64,000 nt of DNA from Clostridiales bacterium (GTDB lineage: Bacteria; Bacillota; Clostridia; Lachnospirales; Cellulosilyticaceae), in the NCBI GenBank assembly GCA_019418225.1, contig DYCF01000018.1, positions 15,854 through 79,853 on the forward strand, in the 5' to 3' direction. Shown here in pieces: positions 20,319-30,584 of this stretch. How positions within the stretch are numbered: position 1 is the first letter of the stretch; each line of letters begins with the position of its first letter. Under the pieces are notes generated by a model. It ran no database searches, was not told the origin of the DNA, and worked only from the letters and a program-made list of their open reading frames with translations. The position numbers and the translations under genes were made by a program.

Positions 20319-20828
20319 TTACCTCACCATAAATAATGGTTGGCCGTATTCTACCATGTCTTCATTTTGGACTAAGATTTCTACGATTTCGCCGTCTACT
20401 TCTGCTTCCACTTCGTTCATTAGTTTCATTGCTTCTATGACGCAGACAACATCGCCTTTTTTCACGTAGTCACCTACTTTTACAAAAGGTTCAGCGCCAG
20501 GTGCACTTGCACTATAGAATGTCCCTACCATAGGTGCCTTAATGCTTTTTTGAGATACTGACTTTGTATCAGCACTTACAACATGCACTGCATTCTCCTC
20601 TGTATGGCTCTCATTGCCACAACTATCATCTTGGATATTTTCGTTGCTATAGCTACCTGATTCAAATTGATATGCTGAATCAACTTGACCGTCACCTATG
20701 CCGTTTGCACTAACTACAGTAACTTCTTTTTTAAGCTTTAGCTCAAACTCATCACATTTTAATGATAAATTTGTAAGTCCTGCTTCTTTAAACGCTGATA
20801 CAAGTTCCTTTACTTTATTAATTTCCAT
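20319..20828 (-). CDS. accB: Biotin carboxyl carrier protein
   Basis: EAMKLMNE biotinylation motif. Confidence 0.97.
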   Translation of the reverse strand: MEINKVKELVSAFKEAGLTNLSLKCDEFELKLKKEVTVVSANGIGDGQVDSAYQFESGSYSNENIQDDSCGNESHTEENAVHVVSADTKSVSQKSIKAPMVGTFYSASAPGAEPFVKVGDYVKKGDVVCVIEAMKLMNEVEAEVDGEIVEILVQNEDMVEYGQPLFMVR

Positions 20829-20832
20829 GGTT

Positions 20833-22071
20833 TTATTCCTCCCATTTTTTCACAATAAGAGTGGCATTATGTCCTCCGAAACCTAATGAATTACTCATCG
20901 CATAACGTACCTTTTGGCTTCTTCCTTCATTTGGTACATAATCTAAATCACAATTTTCATCTGCTACTTCATAACCAATGGTTGGTGGTATAAAGTCTTC
21001 TTCTACAGCTTTCACTATGGCTACAGCTTCTACGCTTCCTGCTGCGCCTAAAAGATGTCCCATCATAGATTTAGTTGAACTTACAGCCACTTTTGTATTT
21101 TCACCAAATACTGATTTTATTGCCTCTGTTTCATATAAATCGTTAAACTCTGTACTTGTCCCATGGGCATTAATGTAGTCTATCTCCTCTGGTTTTATGC
21201 CCGCTTCCTGTATTGCTAATGCCATAGCGCGCGCCGCACCCTCACCATTTTCTGCTGGTTTTGTAATATGATAGGCATCACCTGTTGCACCATATCCTAC
21301 AATTTCACCTAAGATTCTAGCGCCTCTTTCTATAGCATGGTCTAAAGTTTCAAGAACTAAGATACCTGCACCCTCACCAAGTACGAATCCATTTCTCTCT
21401 TTATCAAAAGGAATAGACGCACGCTTTGGATCTTGTGATGTGCTAAGTGCTGTTAATGAATTAAAACCAGCAATCCCAATTGGGCAAATACAACTTTCTG
21501 TACCACCGGCAATGATGACATCATTAATACCTGCTTGCAGGTTTCTATACGCTTCTCCAATGGAATGTGTCCCTGATGCACAAGCTGTTACAACTGTACT
21601 GCATACACCTTTTGCACCTAATCTAATGGATACGTTTCCTGCTGCCATATTGACAATTGCCATAGGAACAAAAAGCGGTGAAACTCTTTTAGCCCCTTTT
21701 TGATGAAGCTTCAATACCTCTTCTTCTATCACGCCCAATGCGCCTACTCCGCTACCAATAATAACGCCTACGCGGTTTGCATCTTCTTTTGTCATATCCA
21801 AATTTGCCATTTCTACTGCCTTATGACTTGCATAAACGGCAAACTGTGAAAAGCGAGCCATTCTTTTTGCTTCGCGTCTATCTAAGTATGGTTCTGGACT
21901 AAAATCTGTTACACTCCCCGCTACACGCACTTGTATATCTTCAAGTTGCAATGCTTCAGGTAATAACTTAATACCGCAGGCACCTTCTTTTAATGAATCC
22001 CAAAATGTCTCTATTGTATTTCCTACTGGTGAAACTACACCCATTCCTGTGATAACTACTCGCTTGTTCAT
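20833..22071 (-). CDS. fabF: Beta-ketoacyl-ACP synthase II
   Basis: [32 protein letters not shown]. Confidence 0.97.
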   Translation of the reverse strand: MNKRVVITGMGVVSPVGNTIETFWDSLKEGACGIKLLPEALQLEDIQVRVAGSVTDFSPEPYLDRREAKRMARFSQFAVYASHKAVEMANLDMTKEDANRVGVIIGSGVGALGVIEEEVLKLHQKGAKRVSPLFVPMAIVNMAAGNVSIRLGAKGVCSTVVTACASGTHSIGEAYRNLQAGINDVIIAGGTESCICPIGIAGFNSLTALSTSQDPKRASIPFDKERNGFVLGEGAGILVLETLDHAIERGARILGEIVGYGATGDAYHITKPAENGEGAARAMALAIQEAGIKPEEIDYINAHGTSTEFNDLYETEAIKSVFGENTKVAVSSTKSMMGHLLGAAGSVEAVAIVKAVEEDFIPPTIGYEVADENCDLDYVPNEGRSQKVRYAMSNSLGFGGHNATLIVKKWEE

Positions 22072-22083
22072 TTTATTTCTCCT

Positions 22084-22827
22084 TTACATTGCCATTCCAC
22101 CATCAACTCTTAGCACTTCACCTGTCACATAACTTGATAAATCACTGGCTAAAAATAGGGCAGCTTTTGCGACTTCTTCAGTTTTGCCAAATCGTTTCAT
22201 AGGTATACTGCCCGTTACAGTTTCCTTTACAGTGTCACTTAGAACATCTGTCATCTCTGTCTGAATGAATCCTGGTGCAATAGCATTAATACGGATATTT
22301 CTACTTGCAAATTCTTTTGCTACAGATTTGGTAAAGCCAATGAGTCCAGCCTTTGACGCTGCATAATTGCTTTGGCCCACATTACCCATAAGCCCCACTA
22401 CAGATGTCATATTAATGATGCTACCACCTGTTTTGAGCATGGCTCTTGAAGCTTCTTTAGTACAATTAAATGCACCTTTTAAATTCACTTCAAGGACGCG
22501 GTCAAATTCCTCTTCCTTCATGCGAAGCAGCAGCATATCCTTGGTAATTCCTGCATTATTTACTAAAATATCAAGTTTACCAAATGCCTTTACAGTCTCA
22601 CTAATCATAGCTTTTGCTTCTTCACTCTTTGAAACATCACAGCGAATTGCCTTCGCCTTAACGCCCATTGCTTTAATTTCTTCTACTAATTTTTTTGCCT
22701 CTAACTGGCTGCCTTCACTTGTATAGTTGACAACAATATCAGCACCTTGCTCTGCAAAACATAAACTAATCGCTCGGCCGATGCCACGTACACCGCCAGT
22801 AATGAGTGCTACCTTACCTTTAAGCAT
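22084..22827 (-). CDS. fabG: 3-oxoacyl-ACP reductase
   Basis: TGGVRGIG, NNAGIT, YAASK; ATG at 22827 overlapping the fabD end. Confidence 0.95.
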   Translation of the reverse strand: MLKGKVALITGGVRGIGRAISLCFAEQGADIVVNYTSEGSQLEAKKLVEEIKAMGVKAKAIRCDVSKSEEAKAMISETVKAFGKLDILVNNAGITKDMLLLRMKEEEFDRVLEVNLKGAFNCTKEASRAMLKTGGSIINMTSVVGLMGNVGQSNYAASKAGLIGFTKSVAKEFASRNIRINAIAPGFIQTEMTDVLSDTVKETVTGSIPMKRFGKTEEVAKAALFLASDLSSYVTGEVLRVDGGMAM

Positions 22828-23764
22828 GAGTGACACCTACTTTCTCTATCACATTTTGCAGTGTCTCTAAATTTTCTATATTATAAACGTCTACCGTTTG
22901 ATTAATTTTCTTAACTAAACCACTTAAAGTGCACTTAGGACCTACTTCAATAAATGTATCAAAACCTTGTGCTACAAGGTTCATGATACTCTCTCTAAAG
23001 CGTACTCCCTTAATGACTTGTAGTGGAATATTTTCTTTAACTTCTTTAGCATTCATAAACTGAGCTGTGACATTGCTTACAATTGGACAAGTCGGTTCAT
23101 TAAATGTAAGGTCATCTAATTTCTTAGCAAGTTCCTTAGCCGCCTGCTCCATCAGTAAACTATGAAATGCCCCACTCACCTTTAAAGGAATAACGCGTTT
23201 AGCGCCTGCTTCTTTTAAAGCAATAGCTGCTTCTTCTAGTGCCTCTTTGGTACCTGCAATGGTAACTTGGCCTTCGCAATTGTCATTTGCCACACTTACC
23301 CATGAGCCCAACCTTTGACTCACAACCTCACAGATTTCATCAACCTGCATCCTCTTCATTCCTATAACGGCATACATGCCTCCAGGATACCTTATAGCAC
23401 ATTCCTCCATGAGCTTAGCACGTTCTTCGACTAAAGCTAATGTTTCTTCAAAGCCTAAAACACCACTTGCCACAATCGCATCATATTCTCCAAGACTAAA
23501 CCCTAGTACACAAGAAGGTTTAATTCCCCCCGCTTCTAAGGCCTTATAGATTCCATAGTTGGTAGTAAATAAGGCAGCTTGTGTATAACGTGTTTGATTA
23601 ATAAGTTCATTTTTATTTTCAAAGCAAACTTCTTTTAAATTCCAATCTAATAATTCATCTGCCTGATCAAATATTTGCTTTGTCTCTGTATAATAATTGT
23701 ATAATTCCAGTCCCATTCCAGCATGCTGTGCACCCTGTCCAGGAAATAATATTGCCACCTTCAT
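22820..23764 (-). CDS. fabD: Malonyl-CoA:ACP transacylase
   Basis: FPGQG, GFSLGE, SGAFHS; ATG at 23764 after AGGAGG. Confidence 0.95.
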   Translation of the reverse strand: MKVAILFPGQGAQHAGMGLELYNYYTETKQIFDQADELLDWNLKEVCFENKNELINQTRYTQAALFTTNYGIYKALEAGGIKPSCVLGFSLGEYDAIVASGVLGFEETLALVEERAKLMEECAIRYPGGMYAVIGMKRMQVDEICEVVSQRLGSWVSVANDNCEGQVTIAGTKEALEEAAIALKEAGAKRVIPLKVSGAFHSLLMEQAAKELAKKLDDLTFNEPTCPIVSNVTAQFMNAKEVKENIPLQVIKGVRFRESIMNLVAQGFDTFIEVGPKCTLSGLVKKINQTVDVYNIENLETLQNVIEKVGVTHA

Positions 23765-23955
23765 TTTGCCTAACCTCCTAAGTATCTTCATGTATTTTCT
23801 TGTATCTCTTCTTGTCCCCACTCAGTTATCTCTATGCAGACTATATTGCCACTTCTCTCATTAACTTTTCATTTTTCGCTTTTAATTTTTAATCTTTAGC
23901 TTTTAATCTTTAATCTTTAATTTTTTGCTCTTTGCTTCTGGCGTCTAAGCATCTT

Positions 23956-24873
23956 TTAATGCATAAGCTCTTTTGCCTTCCCGACGATATCTTCAATAAT
24001 TTCTTTAGCTGTCTCTTCTTTTTTCACCATACCTGCGATTTGTCCTGCAAGTACAGAGCCATTATTCACATCGCCTTCAATAGCTGCTCTTCTTAAAGCA
24101 CCTACACCTAACTTATTTAATTCTTCCTGATTAGCACCTGCTTTTTCAAGTTTATCAAAGGCTCTTGTTAATTGATTTCTAAGACTTCTTACAGGATGTC
24201 CTGTTGAACGCCCCGTAACAACTGCATCAATGTCACTTGCTTTAATAACTCTTTGCTTATAGCTCTCTGGAATCTGACATTCCTTAGCTACTAAAAATCT
24301 TGTACCAATCTGCACGCCCTTTGCACCTAACATGAAAGCTGCTGCCATGCCGCGCCCATCAGCAATGCCACCTGCTGCAATTACAGGAATACTTACGGCA
24401 TCAACTACCTGTGGTACAAGTGTCATCGTTGTAAGTTCACCAATATGTCCACCAGATTCACAGCCTTCTGCAATGACTGCATCTGCGCCACTTCTTTCCA
24501 TGCGTTTTGCCAACGCTACTGAAGGTACGACTGGTATAACTTTAATGCCTGCAGCTTTGAGCACTTCCATATACTTGCCAGGATTTCCTGCGCCCGTTGT
24601 CACAACAGCTACCTCTTCTTCAAGAATAACTTGCATAACTTCTTCCACATAAGGACTAAGCAACATAACATTCACGCCAAAAGGCTTATCTGTAAGCTTT
24701 TTACATGCTCTAATTTCTTCTCTTACCCACTCACTTGGGGCATGCCCTGCAGCAATAATGCCTAAGCCACCGGCATTAGACACTGCTGCTGCTATAGAAT
24801 GCGTTGCAATCCAAGCCATTCCCCCTTGGAAGATTGGATAAGTAATATCTAGTAAGTCGCAGATTGTTTTCAC
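23956..24873 (-). CDS. fabK: Enoyl-ACP reductase FabK
   Basis: PIFQGGMAW, ESGGHIG, AAGGIADG; position in fab cluster. Confidence 0.95.
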   Translation of the reverse strand: MKTICDLLDITYPIFQGGMAWIATHSIAAAVSNAGGLGIIAAGHAPSEWVREEIRACKKLTDKPFGVNVMLLSPYVEEVMQVILEEEVAVVTTGAGNPGKYMEVLKAAGIKVIPVVPSVALAKRMERSGADAVIAEGCESGGHIGELTTMTLVPQVVDAVSIPVIAAGGIADGRGMAAAFMLGAKGVQIGTRFLVAKECQIPESYKQRVIKASDIDAVVTGRSTGHPVRSLRNQLTRAFDKLEKAGANQEELNKLGVGALRRAAIEGDVNNGSVLAGQIAGMVKKEETAKEIIEDIVGKAKELMH

Positions 24874-24890
24874 TACTGACTCCCCCTTTT

Positions 24891-25118
24891 TTATGCTTGG
24901 TTTTCACTAATATAATCCATCGCATCTTGTACTGTTTTAATTTTATCTAAATCTTCATTATCGATTGATACATTAAACTCTTCTTCAATTCCCATAACAA
25001 CTTCAAATAAATCTAATGAATCTGCACCTAGGTCTTTTGTAAAGCTTGCTTCTGGTTTAACTTCACTTACCTCTACACCTAATTTTTCTGCAATAATTTC
25101 TTGTAATCTTTCTAACAT
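24891..25118 (-). CDS. acpP: Acyl carrier protein
   Basis: DLGADSLD phosphopantetheine motif. Confidence 0.97.
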   Translation of the reverse strand: MLERLQEIIAEKLGVEVSEVKPEASFTKDLGADSLDLFEVVMGIEEEFNVSIDNEDLDKIKTVQDAMDYISENQA

Positions 25119-25178
25119 TTTTATGTCCTCCTAAAGTTAATTTTCAGTTTTTAATAATTTAGTTTCATTTATTGTGTA

Positions 25179-26138
25179 TTACCACTTAATAAGCATCGTG
25201 CCCCAAGTAAGTCCTGCACCAAAGCCTGAGAGAATGATTAAATCTCCTGGTTCAAATAATTCACTTGCTTCATAGAGTGCCATAGGAATACTTGCTGCTG
25301 ATGTGTTGCCATATTCTGAAAGGTTCTTAAAAAAGCAGTCCTTAGGCATATCTAATTTACGCGCAACGCTATCCATGATACGGCTATTGGCTTGATGCAA
25401 GATATACCACCTTACATCGCTACTTGTAAGTGCCTGTGTATCTAGTAAACTTTTGATGCTCTCTGGTACCTTGGTTGTCGCAAAGGCATATACTGTCTTA
25501 CCATTCATCCCAATTACCCTCGGCGCTACTTCACCTTCATAGAAGGTCTTATCGCCTTCTCCTGTAGGTAAGGTAATTTCATCAGCTCCCTTAGGGTCAC
25601 ATCCTGTTTGAATGGCTAAAACTTGATTTTCATCACTTACCTTATACACGGCAGCACCCGCCCCATCTGCAAATAAAACACAGGTTCCGCGGTCTTGCCA
25701 GTCGACTACTCGGCTTAGCACCTCCGCACCTATGACAAGGGCATTTTTATACGTGCCTTTTTCAATCATGCTAACTGCTACATCTGATGCCACAATAAAC
25801 CCACTACATGCTGCAGTAATATCAAAGCACATTGCCTTTGTGGCACCTATAATTTGTGCTACCTTGCATGCTGTACTTGGCATTGTGGCATCTGGTGAAA
25901 CTGTCGCCACAATGATTAGCTCTATTTCTTCTGTCATTAAGCCCGCCTGCTGCACAGCTTCCTTAGCGGCTTCACTTGCTAATTGCGTCGTCGTCTCTGT
26001 CACTGCCACATGTCTTCTTTCAATACCAGTACGTGACTTAATCCATTCATCATTGGTATCTACCATTTGACTAAGGTCTGCATTGGTTAATACTTTGCTT
26101 GGAACAGATTTCCCAAGGCCTGCAATTTTAATGCCCAT
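25179..26138 (-). CDS. fabH: Beta-ketoacyl-ACP synthase III
   Basis: AACSGF, HQAN, GNTSAAS, GFGAGLTWG. Confidence 0.97.
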   Translation of the reverse strand: MGIKIAGLGKSVPSKVLTNADLSQMVDTNDEWIKSRTGIERRHVAVTETTTQLASEAAKEAVQQAGLMTEEIELIIVATVSPDATMPSTACKVAQIIGATKAMCFDITAACSGFIVASDVAVSMIEKGTYKNALVIGAEVLSRVVDWQDRGTCVLFADGAGAAVYKVSDENQVLAIQTGCDPKGADEITLPTGEGDKTFYEGEVAPRVIGMNGKTVYAFATTKVPESIKSLLDTQALTSSDVRWYILHQANSRIMDSVARKLDMPKDCFFKNLSEYGNTSAASIPMALYEASELFEPGDLIILSGFGAGLTWGTMLIKW

Positions 26139-26178
26139 TTCTTTTCACCTCTTTACATTTGGTTTAACTCTCTATGAC

Positions 26179-26625
26179 TTAATATTTCTCATAAGTTTCT
26201 TTCACAAAATGATTAAGTGCACTTAATGCTTGGATTAGGACATCTACTTGGTCTTCTTCAATGTCCGCTAACATTTTCTTAATCATCACATGGTGAAAAC
26301 GACTATGTAATTTATAAGCAATAATTCCTTTTCTTTTAAGAACGATTTTTACAATACGTCTATCATCTTCTTGCCGCATTCTATCTACATATTCTTTTTT
26401 CACCAAACGATTAACCATCGTTGTCAGTGTTCCTACTGTAACCCCCAACTTTTTAGCAATCTCTGTCATGGTGCCACCATTAAGACCTATAGCTTCAATA
26501 GCATGCAATTCACTAATGGTTAAATCATTCATGGGACCTCTGCTTAACGCATTTCTTTCAATGGCTGTAATCTTATTAAAAGAGTCTACCAACAGCTCAT
26601 TGATGACCTCCTCCCCACGCTTCAA
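26179..26625 (-). CDS. fabT: MarR-family fatty-acid synthesis regulator
   Basis: MarR winged helix (GTLTTMVNRLVKKEYV.R...DRR) heading the fab operon; TTG at 26625 after AGGAGG. Confidence 0.85.
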   Translation of the reverse strand: MKRGEEVINELLVDSFNKITAIERNALSRGPMNDLTISELHAIEAIGLNGGTMTEIAKKLGVTVGTLTTMVNRLVKKEYVDRMRQEDDRRIVKIVLKRKGIIAYKLHSRFHHVMIKKMLADIEEDQVDVLIQALSALNHFVKETYEKY

Positions 26626-26655
26626 CCTCACACCTCCTAATTTGGAATATTTTTT

Positions 26656-26814
26656 ACTTTTAACCTCAAACCTTTCTAGGTTCAAAGTATATTGGGAAAT
26701 CATCTAGTTGTCAATGTATTTTCTTAAAGTTTACTGACTTTTTAATACTATTGACAAAACTCTAAAGCACGCCTATACTTTGAATATCAAACCTTTCGCT
26801 TTGATTTTCAAAGT
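26656..26814. promoter_or_regulatory. Divergent sigma-A promoters with FabT-type operator palindromes
   Basis: Minus strand TTGACA(26714-26709)-17-TATACT(26691-26686); plus strand TTGACA(26751-26756)-17-TATACT(26774-26779); TTTGA-N3-TCAAA boxes at 26779-26791 and 26800-26812; degenerate boxes at 26656-26688. Confidence 0.85.
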
Positions 26815-26883
26815 ATTATTTTTAGAAAAATTTTCTTGTGAGAAAGGACATAAACTTTTATAGTTTTATGTATAGGTAAAAAT

Positions 26884-27960
26884 ATGAAACATTCTTTAAA
26901 TATTAATGGTCTTATACCCAAATTTCCTATTATTCAAGGTGGTATGGGTGTAGGCATTTCTCTTCACAGCCTTGCCGGACATGTTGCAAAAGCAGGTGGG
27001 ATTGGTATCATTTCCTCTGCGCAAATCGGCTACCGTGCCGCCAACTTTCTAACGAATACCCTTAATGCCAACTTAACTGCACTCAAAGAAGAACTTACAA
27101 AAGCCAGAGCCATTGCCCCGCAAGGCATCATTGGGGTAAACATTATGGTTGCCCTTAGTCACTATGAAGAAATGGTTAAACAAGCTATTGCTGCTGGTGC
27201 TGACCTCATTATTTCTGGTGCTGGACTTCCTGTAAATCTTCCGCTCTATGCCAAAAGAGGTGAAGAGGTATGTAAGGCTAGCTTAAGTAAGAAGGTTAAA
27301 CTTGCACCTATTGTTTCTTCTGGTAAAGCTGCTAAAGTCATCTGTAAACTTTGGGATCGTAAACATCAAGTTGCTCCAGATATGTTAGTTGTAGAAGGGC
27401 CTTTAGCTGGTGGACACCTTGGTTTTTCTGTCAACGAAATCGAAGAAAATCCTAATGTACTAGATATTATGGAAGATGTAAAAGCCGTTGCTACTGAATA
27501 TGGCGAGAAATACAATAAATACATTCCCGTTGTTGTAGCTGGTGGCTTTTATTCAGGTCATGACATTGCCCATGCCCTAGAAAAAGGTGCTGATGGGGTA
27601 CAAATGGCGACACGTTTTGTAACAACTTATGAATGTGATGCCCCCCTTGCCTATAAAGAGGCTTATATTAATGCGACAGCTGATAATATTGGCATCATAA
27701 AAAGCCCTGTAGGCATGCCTGGCAGAGCTATTTACAATCCTTTTATTAAAAACGTACCTGGCAACAAAGCTTGCTATTACCACTGTCTTGAAAAATGTAG
27801 TGTTACCGATATTCCATACTGTATCTCCACTGCCCTCATTTCTGCGGCTAAAGGTGATGTCGATAACGCTCTCCTCTTCTGCGGTAGTAATGCCTACCGT
27901 GCACAAAAGTTAGAACATGTCCAAGACATTTTCAGCGAATTAGAAGCCGCTATTAAATAA
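26884..27960 (+). CDS. FabX-like flavoprotein (nitronate monooxygenase/FabK superfamily) with C-terminal Fe-S cysteines
   Basis: PIIQGGMGVGIS, EGPLAGGHLG, SPVGMPGRA, CYYHCLEKC...YCI. Confidence 0.8.
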   Translation: MKHSLNINGLIPKFPIIQGGMGVGISLHSLAGHVAKAGGIGIISSAQIGYRAANFLTNTLNANLTALKEELTKARAIAPQGIIGVNIMVALSHYEEMVKQAIAAGADLIISGAGLPVNLPLYAKRGEEVCKASLSKKVKLAPIVSSGKAAKVICKLWDRKHQVAPDMLVVEGPLAGGHLGFSVNEIEENPNVLDIMEDVKAVATEYGEKYNKYIPVVVAGGFYSGHDIAHALEKGADGVQMATRFVTTYECDAPLAYKEAYINATADNIGIIKSPVGMPGRAIYNPFIKNVPGNKACYYHCLEKCSVTDIPYCISTALISAAKGDVDNALLFCGSNAYRAQKLEHVQDIFSELEAAIK

Positions 27961-28009
27961 TAAACAAGAAGGAAACCCTTTCCAAATAAGGGTTTCCTTC
28001 TTGTTTATT
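27959..28009. terminator. Bidirectional intrinsic terminator
   Basis: Perfect inverted repeat taaacaagaaggaaaccctt / aagggtttccttcttgttta between convergent genes. Confidence 0.9.
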
Positions 28010-28015
28010 TTAACT

Positions 28016-28789
28016 TTAGCTGATTTCAACCATATCTAACTTAAAAAACTGCTTTATCTCATTCTTTAAATTAACAAACTCTAATTCATTAATATCATTT
28101 GATTTATTTTTAAATGACGTATCAATTTTTGAAATAATAGAGGCCGGAGATGCTGACATTAAATATACTTGTTCTGCAATAATCATAGCCTCTTCTATAT
28201 CATGCGTTACAAACACTATTGTATATTTATGTTCTTTCCATAACTTCAAAATCAATCGCTGCATTTCCCTACGAAGTTTCGGATCCAAAGCCGCAAAAGG
28301 TTCATCCATTAATATTAACTTAGGCTCTAATACTAATGTTCTTGCTAAAGCTACACGTTGTTGCATTCCTCCCGAGAGTTCATTCGCATAGTACTTTTCA
28401 AAACCTTTTAAACCTACTGCTTCTATGTACTCCTTAACTATCTGTTTTCTTTTATACTTAGGAACCTTTTTTATTTTTAATCCATATTCGATATTTTCTT
28501 CTACATTTAACCAACTAAATAGTACAGGTTGTTGAAATATAAATCCTCTTTCACCTTTACGATTATCATCACTTATTCCTCTAAGAATCATACTCCCTTG
28601 AAAAGATTTTTCTAAACCTGCTATTATATTTAATAGTGTAGATTTACCACATCCACTAGGTCCTAATAAAGCTATTATCTCTCCCTTATTGACAGATAAT
28701 GAAATACTCTTTAACACCTTTAACTCCGTATTCAAATATGTATTATATGTTAGGCTAATATCTTTTAATTCTAAAAGAGGTCTATTCAC
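28016..28789 (-). CDS. ABC transporter ATPase (SsuB/TauB type)
   Basis: GPSGCGKST, LSGGMQQR, MDEPF, VTHD; probable GTG start at 28789. Confidence 0.92.
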   Translation of the reverse strand: MNRPLLELKDISLTYNTYLNTELKVLKSISLSVNKGEIIALLGPSGCGKSTLLNIIAGLEKSFQGSMILRGISDDNRKGERGFIFQQPVLFSWLNVEENIEYGLKIKKVPKYKRKQIVKEYIEAVGLKGFEKYYANELSGGMQQRVALARTLVLEPKLILMDEPFAALDPKLRREMQRLILKLWKEHKYTIVFVTHDIEEAMIIAEQVYLMSASPASIISKIDTSFKNKSNDINELEFVNLKNEIKQFFKLDMVEIS

Positions 28790-29603
28790 TAATTCTCCCC
28801 CTCCCATTTAGAGGATAAAACATTGAACATACTCTAACCAGCAAGAAATCAGTTAACTTTCCACATATAGCAATAATCACCATTGTTACTAATATCATAT
28901 CTACATGTCCTAACATTCTTGCATCACTCATTATAGCGCCTAATCCTTTAGTTACACCAGTTATCTCACCTAGTACTAAATAAGCCCACGTAACACCCAT
29001 CCCTGTTCTTAGTCCTACTAAAACATTCGGGAATGCTGCTGGAAAAATAATCGTTGTAAACAGTTTAAATCTATTAGCTCCTAACATATGCCCTGCTCGA
29101 ATTAATAATGGTGAAATATTACTTGCACCTTCTTGGGTGTTTATATAGATTGGGAAAAATGCTGCTAATGCCATTAGAAATATAGTATTTTTTTCACCAA
29201 TTCCAAACCATACTATGGAAATAGGTAACCATCCAATCCCAGGAATTGCCTTAATTGCATTAATCATTGGATCAACTAAACGTTTTATAATCCTAACTCG
29301 TCCTGAACAAAATCCTAACGTTATTCCACAAAATGCTGCTATAAAAAATCCTATACACACTCTACATAAACTAGCCCATAGATTTTCCATTAATTTTCCT
29401 GAATATGAGTTTTCTTGATATATTCCGCATATAAAATCCAAGCCTACTCGTCCTAACTTAATTGGTGAAGGCATCTTATACGTAGGGATACTTCCAAATT
29501 TTACAACTAAGCTCCATACAACAAATAATATTACAGGAATAATCAAACCTACCCAATCTATATGAAATTTTTTTGAATCTTTATTAAAAGATATCCTTTT
29601 CAT
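28782..29603 (-). CDS. ABC transporter permease (SsuC/TauC type)
   Basis: Multiple TM helices, IPGIGWLPI..WFGIGE, EAA-like loop RAGHMLGA. Confidence 0.9.
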   Translation of the reverse strand: MKRISFNKDSKKFHIDWVGLIIPVILFVVWSLVVKFGSIPTYKMPSPIKLGRVGLDFICGIYQENSYSGKLMENLWASLCRVCIGFFIAAFCGITLGFCSGRVRIIKRLVDPMINAIKAIPGIGWLPISIVWFGIGEKNTIFLMALAAFFPIYINTQEGASNISPLLIRAGHMLGANRFKLFTTIIFPAAFPNVLVGLRTGMGVTWAYLVLGEITGVTKGLGAIMSDARMLGHVDMILVTMVIIAICGKLTDFLLVRVCSMFYPLNGRGRISE

Positions 29604-29607
29604 ATTA

Positions 29608-30573
29608 CTATTCCTTCTTTGATTCCTCTAAAAATGTTAAATCGAATAATTCCTCAATATCAGGGAGATTATCTATAATTCCCATCTCCAACATATATTG
29701 TGCTAGATTCTTAGTATGTTCAATATATTCCTGGTCAATATCCCAACATAATTCTATATTCTCTGCTGATATATCTAATACATCCTTATCTGTTCCAAAT
29801 TCAGTAGATTTTTGTAACCATATTTCTTTATTATTATTTAAATATTGAGTTGCTTCTACATGGGCATTAACTATTTCTTGTATTTTCTCTGGATTATTTT
29901 GTATCATATCCTCTGTTGTAATCATTGCACCATTTATAGTACTTATTCCTTCATCAAAATATGGATAACTTAAAATCTTGCCATACCCTTCTTTTACTGC
30001 CTGTGACGGATATGGTTCTCCACTACAAAATGCATCAATAGTTCCATTTGCCAAAGCTTGTCCCATATCAAAAAAGTCGATACGTCTAAGCTCTACATCT
30101 GTATCTGCATTAATTCCATTTCGCTTTAAAACATCTAAGAGTAATGCATGATGCATTGTACCTGGTACATAGGCTATCTTCTTTCCAATTAAGTCACTTT
30201 CACTATTTATCCCTGAATTGTTTCCTACTACAAAGGCTGAACATTTGTTGCATAGGCTACTTACTATTTTAATAGGTTCTCCATTAGCCGCTGCTGTAAT
30301 AGCTGTTACTAATGTCGTCCCGCACAAATCTAAGCTTCCTGATAATAACGCTGTTTTTTGATCACCGGGATTAGTAAATGGTAACACCTCCACTTGATAC
30401 TTTTCATCCATATATTGATCATAAAAAAATGGTTGGATAGTTTGTGCAGTTTTCCATGTTCCTACTTTAATATTGGTTGAATGATTTTGCATAGTTTCTG
30501 CTTCCCCATTACAACCTACAATTAAACAACTACACATAAAAAATGTTATTATCTTAACTATGCGTTTTCTCAT
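29608..30573 (-). CDS. ABC substrate-binding lipoprotein (SsuA/TauA/NMT1-like)
   Basis: Lipobox IVGC, DLIGKKIAY, GTIDAF...EP. Confidence 0.88.
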   Translation of the reverse strand: MRKRIVKIITFFMCSCLIVGCNGEAETMQNHSTNIKVGTWKTAQTIQPFFYDQYMDEKYQVEVLPFTNPGDQKTALLSGSLDLCGTTLVTAITAAANGEPIKIVSSLCNKCSAFVVGNNSGINSESDLIGKKIAYVPGTMHHALLLDVLKRNGINADTDVELRRIDFFDMGQALANGTIDAFCSGEPYPSQAVKEGYGKILSYPYFDEGISTINGAMITTEDMIQNNPEKIQEIVNAHVEATQYLNNNKEIWLQKSTEFGTDKDVLDISAENIELCWDIDQEYIEHTKNLAQYMLEMGIIDNLPDIEELFDLTFLEESKKE

Positions 30574-30584
30574 ACATTCTCCCT

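Noticed and set aside
23865..23925. Short (ttttaatc-like) heptamer repeats between fabK and fabD
   Set aside because: Low-complexity AT-rich tract with no supportable function
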